Shown here piece after piece: positions 10,837 to 19,430 of a stretch of DNA of 20,000 nt (its first letter is position 1; each line of letters begins with the position of its first letter). Origin of the DNA: Elsinoe ampelina (taxonomy: Eukaryota); NCBI GenBank assembly GCA_010093995.1, contig ML992503.1:2033956-2053955 (forward strand), in the 5' to 3' direction. Below the pieces are notes generated by a model, which saw nothing but the letters and a program-made list of their open reading frames with translations, made no database searches and was not told the origin of the DNA. The position numbers were made by a program, and so were the translations under genes.

Positions 10837-11277
10837 GGGTATGTTCTTGTTGAGAAACGATCTTTGCATCTCTCATGAGCAAATGATTTTCGCGTTCGCG
10901 CAACATCAGTGGCAATGGCATCTTCAGCAGAGGTGAGCGGATCACGTGTGCTGTGGTTCCGAAAGCTCAAACAGGCAGACCAGACATGGCAAAGTCATCA
11001 GAAACACTGCTTTTCTCCAGTACAGATTTTGGCATCTCGCCAGATGGTGCGATTACGATGCTCGCCCCTGCCCTGCTACGGTAAGAGTATCCACAAAGCT
11101 TGTCGCATCTTGGTAAAATCTTGTGCACATCAAAGTGTGACCAGCACTGGTTCTACTAAGACCCACAGTCATCCACATCATGCAATGCCGGACTACCGCG
11201 TAACATGGCAATGTTTTCCGGTAAGCTTATTAGAATAATATCCTCCCTGTTCCAAGATTCCATTGTCACCACCAGCT

Positions 11278-12810
11278 ATGCATTCACATCTATACACCTG
11301 GCTTCTTGCCTTGCCTCTAGTACTTTCAGCTCCGTCAGAGCAGCCTAGGAGACCTGAGCGCTGGCATGGAGGTCATCACCGCGGCCATAACATTGATCAC
11401 AAGAACAAGACCATCAGGGCAGATGATTTCGTCACGGTCGACGGTCTTGGTCTAAGGGATGACTCTGGGATTGTCTACCTGACCGGACTCAATTACTGGT
11501 CATGCATGAACTTGGCTGCGGATGAATCCTCGGGAGGGAATTACTCCCGGCTCATCACCGAGCTTGATCAGATGGCTGCTAAGGGTGTCAACCATCTTCG
11601 TTTGATGGCCTCCTCGGAGGGTGCACCCACACCTCAACCTTTCAGGATGAACCCACCACTAATGCAGTCCCCTGGACAGTACAATGAGGATATCTTTGTG
11701 GGTCTCGATCGTTGTCTTCACGAGATGTCGTTACGTGGGATGAGAGCAACCATGACCCTCGCGAATGAGTGGCAATGGAGTGGCGGCTTCGCCCAGTATG
11801 TCTCATGGGCAAACAACGATTCTGCCATCCCTTACCCATCGAGCTGGAATCTCAGCGCTCCGCCTCAACGTGACCCCCCAAACACACGAGGTTGGGGAAA
11901 TTACACGACTGAAGGTGTCGATGCAGCACCGTATGCCAACTTCACTGCTTACGCCAACCTTTTCTACACCAGCGAGCAGTGCCAGAAATGGTACCAGAAC
12001 CACATCGACGCAGTATTGAACCGAATCAACACCATCAACGGTCGTCTTTACAAAGACGATGCTACCGTCATGACATGGCAGCTTGCAAACGAGCCCCAGC
12101 CCGCCGTCGTACCTTCACAATATCTCGGACCGTACAGCCTGGAACTACCTCCCGCCCCAGAAGACGCCATCCTCCCATGGATCGAGAGCACTTCAGCCTA
12201 CATCAAGTCGCGCGCACCTCACCAGCTAGTCAACGTCGGCTTCGAAGCAAAACAAGGCCAATGGTACTTCCAAGCCGTCCACAACTTCTCCACAGTCGAC
12301 TACACCACTTCGCACTGCTGGGTCCAAAACTGGGGCGTGTACGACATGCTCAACTCCAGCGCCGCCAACCTCGAAGCCGCAAAAGACTTTGCCCGCGCGT
12401 TCATCGCCAACACTTCCGCCTGGACGCGAGAGATCGGCAAGCCCATCTTCCTGGAAGAATTCGGCATGGCCCGGGACAATTGGGAGAATGTAGGCGAGGA
12501 GTACCTGTACCTCTCTTCCGCGGGTACGTCGCATAAGGATGAGTATTTCGAGACGATCATCGGTGCTGCGCTGGATGACTTCCAAGCGGATGACGGTGCT
12601 TATGTCGGGACTTGTCCCTGGGCGTACGGAGGGGTCTACAGGCCGGAGACTGAGACGGTGAATGAATTTGGGGAGGTCTGGGCTGGTGATCCACCGCATG
12701 AGGCGCCGGGTTGGTATGATCTGTATGACACCGATGAGGCGATGGATATTGTTCAGCGGCAGCAGGTGGAGGCGGCTGCTTTCATCAATGGACAGTCTGC
12801 AAAGGAGTAG
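11278..12810 (+). CDS. Secreted glycoside hydrolase family 5 (subfamily 7) beta-mannanase/beta-mannosidase, 510 aa, intronless
   Basis: Signal peptide MHSHLYTWLLALPLVLSAP; 'GLNYW', 'GVNHLR', 'GLDRCLHEMSLRGM', 'NEWQWSGGFAQYV', acid/base 'WQLANEP', 'HCWVQNW', nucleophile 'LEEFG' and C-terminal 'GDPPHEAPGWYDLYDTD'. The first ATG is 11278; the ORF track starts at an upstream TTG. Confidence 0.92.
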   Translation: MHSHLYTWLLALPLVLSAPSEQPRRPERWHGGHHRGHNIDHKNKTIRADDFVTVDGLGLRDDSGIVYLTGLNYWSCMNLAADESSGGNYSRLITELDQMAAKGVNHLRLMASSEGAPTPQPFRMNPPLMQSPGQYNEDIFVGLDRCLHEMSLRGMRATMTLANEWQWSGGFAQYVSWANNDSAIPYPSSWNLSAPPQRDPPNTRGWGNYTTEGVDAAPYANFTAYANLFYTSEQCQKWYQNHIDAVLNRINTINGRLYKDDATVMTWQLANEPQPAVVPSQYLGPYSLELPPAPEDAILPWIESTSAYIKSRAPHQLVNVGFEAKQGQWYFQAVHNFSTVDYTTSHCWVQNWGVYDMLNSSAANLEAAKDFARAFIANTSAWTREIGKPIFLEEFGMARDNWENVGEEYLYLSSAGTSHKDEYFETIIGAALDDFQADDGAYVGTCPWAYGGVYRPETETVNEFGEVWAGDPPHEAPGWYDLYDTDEAMDIVQRQQVEAAAFINGQSAKE

Positions 12811-13024
12811 CTCTAGAAATTGACTACAATTGAATGTACTACCAGGTTGCTGTCGTGTAAGAGAATACGGGTACATATTGATGGGATGATGCCTACCAGG
12901 AGTCCTACATGCAGCATGAGACTGACTCTAGCGGGGACATACAAGGGAAAGAGTCCTATACAAGAAAATGGCACAAGCGGGAGGACAAGAACAAAAGAAG
13001 GAACAACGATATACCATTGAAAAA

Positions 13025-14497
13025 TCACCTCCCATCCCCTCTTCCACCTCTACAATCTCCCCACTCCCCCATCCTCCTCTCCACCCTCTCCAAATGCCAC
13101 CCACTCGTCCAAAACTCCGCTCCCTGCTCGCTCGCAATCCCATAAACCAACTCCGTCCCCAGGAAACACCTACCGTCGATCCATCGCCACTGCAAACACT
13201 CGACCTCATGATCGCATGCCTCGGCACAATTCTCCGCACTCTCCACGCTAGCCTTCTGCACGTCATCGTACGAGTCCCACACTGACTCGTTGGCGGAAGC
13301 AAAGTACTGCATGTCTTCGCGCCAATTATACCACTCTTTGCGCGGCGACTGGATGTTCTCGAGGACCAATTCGCGGAAGAGGTCGGACCAGGTGTACGGG
13401 ACGGTCCAGCCGTGCTTGCGGACCCAAGCGGTTTGGAAGCGCCAGAGGTCGTTGATCTGGTAGGCGTCGACGTGGTGCTGCGTCGCCGGGGTCTGGCACC
13501 AGGTTTCGTTGGTGAAGGTGATGGTGTTGAGGGTTTCCATTTGGAGAACGCCGCCTGACTTCTCGACGACGACTCCGGCTTCTTCCATTACGGCTCCGGT
13601 GACAATGTCGCCGCAGCAGCTGGTGGAGGTGTAGTTCTCCCACCGTTGGTCAAAGGCTTCGGCCCCTTCGGTCTCTCGCGCGTGGACAAGTCGCTCCAAT
13701 GCTGGGCGAGACATGACGTAGCCGCTGCCGCCGTGGGCGAAGGTCAGGGTGGAGTTGATGACCGGGAAGACTCGTCCGATGTAGCGCGGTTCACTTGGGT
13801 CCAGGGTCGCTAGCCATGCGATGAGATTGGTCCAGCTGACGGCGGCGTCATCTTCGAGGAAGACAAACCACTCGACGTGGGATGGGGCGAGCGCATGTGC
13901 CAGTAAGGCGATGGGTATATATTTCCATTTGTCCAAGAGCCAGCCGCTAGTGCCATACAGCGTCTCTAATCGTAGGCCACCGGTGCGGTATTTTTCAAGC
14001 ATCCTGTATGTTTCAAAGTCGTCATGCATCTCTTTCCAGCCTCGACTGACATTCTTCAGCACGTCGTGCACAGGATAGCCCGCGAAGATCTCGTCCCGGT
14101 CGGATGAAATGAGGAGCTGATTGGCCGGCGCGCACCTTACGAGGGTGAGCAGATGTGTTGGTAGTAAGTAGTGCATCCTGGATGCTCCCATCTTGAGGCT
14201 GAGCATCAGGTTGCTACCTGACGGAGCTGAAGAGCAAAGGTCATCCTCGCCCAGTCTGGACAGACTGCTAGTCTTCCCTTCACCTATCTCAGAGGTGCCA
14301 GGATCATGGTGGTCCCGCAGGCTGCCATGATTATTACATTGGCTCGAGAGTCCCCGAACACCCGTCCAGTCCAGCGCAAGGTGCATGCGATTGAATAAGA
14401 AGATGCTCAAGATCGATGTGCCCAGAAAGAGGAGAACGAGTTTGCGCTTTGTCGGTGCCGCCGGCGTGGGTGAGCGGGACAGCAATGCAGAGACCAT
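13025..14497 (-). CDS. Glycosyltransferase family 31 (Fringe/core-1 galactosyltransferase-like) type II membrane protein, 490 aa
   Basis: N-terminal TM anchor after KRK; 'GWLLDKWKY', 'WFVFLEDDA' (DxD-like), 'YIG', 'FAHGGSGYVMS', 'CCGD', 'QHHV', and a C-terminal Cys-rich 'CAEAC...CLQWRW..GRC...SGW' module typical of fungal GT31. Confidence 0.88.
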   Translation of the reverse strand: MVSALLSRSPTPAAPTKRKLVLLFLGTSILSIFLFNRMHLALDWTGVRGLSSQCNNHGSLRDHHDPGTSEIGEGKTSSLSRLGEDDLCSSAPSGSNLMLSLKMGASRMHYLLPTHLLTLVRCAPANQLLISSDRDEIFAGYPVHDVLKNVSRGWKEMHDDFETYRMLEKYRTGGLRLETLYGTSGWLLDKWKYIPIALLAHALAPSHVEWFVFLEDDAAVSWTNLIAWLATLDPSEPRYIGRVFPVINSTLTFAHGGSGYVMSRPALERLVHARETEGAEAFDQRWENYTSTSCCGDIVTGAVMEEAGVVVEKSGGVLQMETLNTITFTNETWCQTPATQHHVDAYQINDLWRFQTAWVRKHGWTVPYTWSDLFRELVLENIQSPRKEWYNWREDMQYFASANESVWDSYDDVQKASVESAENCAEACDHEVECLQWRWIDGRCFLGTELVYGIASEQGAEFWTSGWHLERVERRMGEWGDCRGGRGDGR

Positions 14498-15091
14498 GCT
14501 TCTCAGACTAAGGAAATTGACCTGAAGCAGTGGGAAGTCTTGCCGTCTTGCCTGAATAGCTGACCGATCTCCATCGATCGGGCCCCTGTTCGTGCGGCTC
14601 CTATCCTAGCGACCGTTTAAGATGACCCCCTGCCCGTTCGCTCTCGGCCATGCTTGCGCCATAGCGATGCTTCGAACCTTCACGCTATTCACCCTACTCT
14701 TGTTCTACTAGGTTCTCACAAGCAAGTGGTCTTGCCATCGTGTCTGCTGTTGTCTCGCCCATGCCAGACAATGTTGAAGGAGCTGTTCATGAGTAGCGGT
14801 ACTCTTGGTGTTGACATCGGTTCGGCTCGTCTCGGGGTAAAGCGTGTACACGCTGACGCTGACTGCAGATACTTGACTTACAAGGCCGTCCGTGATCGAA
14901 TCTAGAGTGCAAGTTACTATGTGTGATTAATAGTCGTGTAGATGAGTCGAGGTGTAGTTTGGTCAGTCAGGGGATGTAGTGGGACGGATGACTTTCGTAC
15001 CCGAGCTTAGTCCGAGGTACGGTATGTATGTAGGAGTGCTACAACTATCAGGCAACTATACCCCAGCTCCACCACGCTCAGCACCACAATC

Positions 15092-16898
15092 TCAATGAGC
15101 AAATCTAAAATCCAACGTCTTATTTCCCTCATCCTTCGTCGTCTCCCTGTAGACCTCCTTCTCCTCCTTGCTCATCCCCTCCCACACCCTCTCCTTCTGC
15201 CTGTTCCTCCAAACATAGTAACCCTTGGTCCCCACAAACATCACAACAGCCAGAAAATTGATCCCAATCAGCACACTGTTCCCATGATGATAAAGGGGCT
15301 TGTCCTCCGTCCTGTAGATATTACTACTAACGACATTCCCCACCTGCACCATCATGTTGTACACCGCCGCGCTGACCGTGCGCGTCCTCACGCTGCCGGA
15401 GTTACGCGAGGCCCATGCGACCACTATGGCGTGGCAGTACGGGTAGCTGAGCAGTGTGGTGACGAGCGCGTAGGTACCCCAGGCGTCATGCATGACGCCC
15501 TGCCAAAATCGGAGGGCGAGCAAGCAGGGGAGCGTCCAGATGTCTTGGATCATGGCGACTAAGGAGCGTTCGTTGAGGTATTCTGAGAGACGGGTGATGA
15601 GGAGGAGAGTGCAGATCCCGATGGCGGTGGAGGGGACGACGAGGAGGTTGGTGGTGAACTGCGATTGTCAGTGGGGGAATGGCGAGGGCGAGGAGGAATG
15701 GGTTCAAGTACAGCGTTGAAGCCGAGTTGGCGGAGAGTGAGGGTTAAGTAGGCATTGGGAGGGTTCATGGGGATGAAGATGACGAGACCCATGGCGTAGA
15801 TCTGTTTGAATTAGCGGGCTGAGGTAGCATGAGAGGGTGTCACGAGGCTGCTGGGTGCATACCGGCCATAGGTCATAGTCTGTGAGTGCTTTCCATAATC
15901 GTGATGGGGCGATGGCCATTCGGTTGTGCATGTCTCCTTTCGAGGGGTCATCGCGGAGGACACGGTTGACGACTATGCCCACCTCGCGGTCGGTGAACCA
16001 GCCATTGGGTCGGAACCATGCTTTGGTCTGGACTGCGGATGCAGGCATGAGGAAGAAGGATGCGAAGCCGATCAGCAGTGTCATGAGCCCTTCGATGAGG
16101 AACAGCCAGCGCCATCCGGACAGACTGCTAATGCCATCCATATGTAGAAGAGCAAATGCGAGAAGAGACGTGACTAGGCCAGTAACACTAGTTGCGGTCC
16201 AGAAGAAGCTCAGCCTGATCGGCAGTTCTCGGCTCGTGTAGAAGTAACTCAGCCAGAGGATAAGATCCGGTATGAAGCCGCCCATTGAGCGTTAGAGGAT
16301 AACAAAAATTGCTTGGGGAGTTCTCACCTTCAAGTATGCCCAGTAGTGACCTTGTAGCATAGTAACTGTTCACACCGATGAGAGCTGCCTGACTGGCGGC
16401 CACGACGGACCACATGATCATCTGCGTCGGGATCCAGCGGTCTGGTCCCAGCTTCTTCGAAACAAGTTGAGAGGGCACTTCAGCCAGAAGAAACGAGACG
16501 TAGAAGATGGTCCGACCATAGTTGTACTGGTTCGTGGAGAGGTCCAACTGATCAAGCATATCAGCCGATACAGCTTGAGAGAGATTACCGCGGTCCACTT
16601 GGAGTGCGAAGAACATCACGCATGCCCAGGCGCAGACATGCCAGTCCAATCTTCTGACGAGCTTCTTCTCCTCTTGAGTTGTCCATTGCAGTTCTGGGTC
16701 GAACGCATGTCGACACTCGTACTGAGCCTTTTCATAGAGTTGTCTGTAGTGCTGCGCTATCTTCGGATCCAGGAAAGGATTTGCAGCCAGAGCGCCCTCA
16801 GTATGGAGGCTGTCGGTCGATGAGCGGCTGGCCTTGAACAGATCTTTGCTCTCGGGATCTGTACCCTTGAGGGGAGCTGCAACGGTTGCAATTGTCAT
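15092..16898 (-). CDS. MFS transporter, Dal5/allantoate permease family (Soa1/AstA-like putative sulfonate/sulfate transporter), ~548 aa; exons 16898-16328, 16281-15863, 15801-15712, 15658-15092; intron-1 acceptor non-canonical
   Basis: 'YECRHAFDPELQWTTQEEKKLVRRLDW', 'LQVDRGN', 'AEVPSQLVSKKLGPDRWIP', 'GILE|GGFIPDLILWLSYFYTSRELPIRLSFFW', 'GWRWLFLIEG', 'RVLRDDPSKGDMHNR', 'WASRNSGSVRTRTVSAAVYNM' and 'LDFRFAH'. Introns 15802-15862 (GTATGC..CTAAT..CAG) and 15659-15711 (GTACTT..CTGAC..CAG) are canonical. Intron 16282-16327 starts GTGAGA and has CTAAC but ends in TGG. Confidence 0.88.
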
Positions 16899-17039
16899 CT
16901 TACCAAGACAAAAGAAGTAGAGTCGTATAAACACAGGAGGCTTCCATGGAGTACCTTTTCTCTGCTCCTTGTATGTTCATAACCCAACACCAACTCTGCG
17001 TAACGTGTGCATCTTCGGATTAAGGATGCCGAAAAGATA

Positions 17040-17049
17040 ATGTCGCCAT
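17040..17049. promoter_or_regulatory. Possible CYS-3/MetR (sulfur-regulation bZIP) site
   Basis: ATGTCGCCAT is one mismatch from the palindrome ATGGCGCCAT, ~145 bp upstream of the Soa1-like transporter ATG, and is immediately preceded by GATAA. Confidence 0.35.
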
Positions 17050-17477
17050 ACTGAATGAGGCAGCTCCCAGTTCATGGAGAGTCTCGAAGATATAATGTGC
17101 CAAGCACGCCATCCTCGTGCATTTGACGAGCCGAGACGCGAAGACTGTGATTTGCTGCAGTTGCTGAACAGGCCTCAAGGTGTGGGACTAGAATGATGGG
17201 CTCGTACGTAGAGCTCTAGTACAGCAACCCCATGCGGTACTATGCTGGCGGCTCAAGGTCTTCTCGAGAGCCCCCTGAGAAGGTGAAAATTGCGTCGATG
17301 GAGCTGTGAGGAGGTGATAGCACGCAGGCGAAGCCAGGATGACGTGCTCGAATGGTCCACATTGCTGCAGCGATAGCTCCATCAGAGGCACTTCTGTGCG
17401 TGAAGTAGCACCCTGCCGTATGTAACCCTTGACGGACTCGTAGTGGATAGTAGATGCGTCAAAATTAAGCCTTGACA

Positions 17478-17619
17478 TGTTGTAACTAGCAAATCGGATC
17501 GAGAGACGTGTGTTTCATTCAGAGAGTTACAATAACCGATTTATCTACTGTGCGTGCGCTGACTTATCAGTACCAGTTCTTTAGTACCAGAGAAGCTATA
17601 CTAGCCTTCTATTATAACA
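17478..17619 (-). repeat. 3' LTR (142 bp) of the Copia element
   Basis: Bounded by TGTTGTAA...TTATAACA (TG..CA ends, 8-bp inverted termini with one RIP-type mismatch) and directly abutting the polypurine tract. Candidate 5-bp TSD TGACA at 17473-17477. Confidence 0.72.
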
Positions 17620-17628
17620 CTCCCCCTC
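17620..17628 (-). other. Polypurine tract (PPT)
   Basis: Minus strand reads GAGGGGGAG|TGTTATAA, the classic Copia PPT-LTR junction. Confidence 0.8.
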
Positions 17629-17979
17629 TAGTATAGATTGCTAAAGCTAGAGAACTGTCCTGTCATATATAAGTGAAGTAATTAGCTTATCACTTTATCT
17701 CTTTATAATTGCTTATAATTATTAGTGTTAGCTAATTATTAGTAAGAATTCACTATTAGTTTAGCTTATAATTGCTAGCAATAATAGTAACTATTAACAA
17801 TAGCTAGGCAGCTATTATTTATGTAAATAGACTAGCTTATAAGTCTTAATTAAAGAGATATAAGTATCTAACTAGCCTCTTTATAATTTCTCTTTTCTTT
17901 ATTATACTTATAGTAGTAGCCTTTTCTTTTATATAACACTTTTACCTTCTTACTATACTATATTAATAACACTTATAAC

Positions 17980-19089
17980 ATAAGCGCTATAGTATAGTAA
18001 TAGCTAGGCATTAACAGCATTACTGCTAGTGCTAGTGCTCTAAGTAGTCTACTAGGTAGCGGAGGTAGTAGTAAGAAGAGAAATCCTCTATTAAGGTTGC
18101 CTAGTACTTCTAATATTGATTATAATACTACTATAAGACTAATTACTCGTCTTAATACTCTTAGTAAGTAGCTATAAAGTATTAATAGCATAAGCTAACA
18201 TTAATAGCCTAATTAACTTAGACTTTAACTTAATAGTTAGCCGACATAATCTAGAATACTCTCCTTAGGCTTAGAATAATTAGTTATTACAACTATACTA
18301 ACTTATATCCTATCTAGAGGTCTATAGCAGTCTAGGCCTTTAGTACCTATAGTATACACCTAGTAGTTACTAATCCTATTCTAGTTAAGGATCTAACTAA
18401 GCAAGTTAACCTTACTAGATCTACTAACTACTCTACTGCTTTAATAGCTTCTAGTGCTACTAGTAGAGTAGTCTACTATAGCACTAATCGCTATACTAAG
18501 TGTTAGGGATCTAACCCTAGCAATAATTAGAGCAAGGGTAGGGGTAGCAAGTTTAGTAAGTATATTACTTTACCTAGTTAGCTTAATAAGGCCTACACTT
18601 GCTATGCTTATAGTAACTAATATACTAGATGTTCCTTAGCTAACTATACTCTAACTCTAAGGCCTATTAGCTCTCCTAAACCTATAAGGACCCCGAGTAG
18701 CTTAAGGGTTATTACCTAGCCTATTCTATATAGCCTAATACACCTACTAATAGAGCTCCTAAGGTCTATCTCTTTTAGTAGTGCTTTACCTTAGAGGTTC
18801 TTACTAAGGGCCTATATACTAGAGGCATTATTAGGTGTAGTTAACACCTTAATAACTTATACTAACTCTTGCTACTTTATAGTAGTCCCTATAAACTTTA
18901 TAGATCCTACTAACCTAACCGCTACTAAGGTTTATAACTTAGCTACTATAGTAATAAACTATATAGTAGAGCTTACAAGAATTATAGCTACTAGCTACCT
19001 TAGTTAGCTTTCTTCTATTTATGTCTTTATACTAGGCCTAGTACTAACAAGGCATAGTAGGTCTAGATCTAACACTTCTATAAGGTCTA
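17980..19089 (+). pseudogene. RIP-mutated spliced ORF with DUF3716-like Cys motif, antisense within the Copia 3' region; exons 17980-18163, 18208->19089
   Basis: ATA (RIP'd ATG) at 17980 downstream of TATATAA (~17930); intron 18164-18207 GTAAGT..GCTAAC..TAG; one reading frame continues to the gap with only TAG/TAA stops (RIP products of CAG/CAA/TGG). At 18489-18638 it reads RYTKC*...GRGSKFSKYI...NKAYTCYAY..*YTRCSL, which de-RIPs to CxxC..GxxFxxC..ACxxCxY..CS. Confidence 0.65.
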
Positions 19090-19430
19090 NNNNNNNNNNN
19101 NNNNNNNNNNNNNNNNNNNNNNNNNNNNNNNNNNNNNNNNNNNNNNNNNNNNNNNNNNNNNNNNNNNNNNNNNNNNNNNNNNNNNNNNNNNNNNNNNNNN
19201 NNNNNNNNNNNNNNNNNNNNNNNNNNNNNNNNNNNNNNNNNNNNNNNNNNNNNNNNNNNNNNNNNNNNNNNNNNNNNNNNNNNNNNNNNNNNNNNNNNNN
19301 NNNNNNNNNNNNNNNNNNNNNNNNNNNNNNNNNNNNNNNNNNNNNNNNNNNNNNNNNNNNNNNNNNNNNNNNNNNNNNNNNNNNNNNNNNNNNNNNNNNN
19401 NNNNNNNNNNNNNNNNNNNNNNNNNNNNNN
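19090..19430. other. Assembly gap (341 N)
   Basis: Run of N. Confidence 1.

Noticed and set aside
652..16898. Whole gene set as a biosynthetic gene cluster
   Set aside because: There is no backbone enzyme (NRPS, PKS or terpene synthase) or cluster transcription factor, and the functions are heterogeneous.
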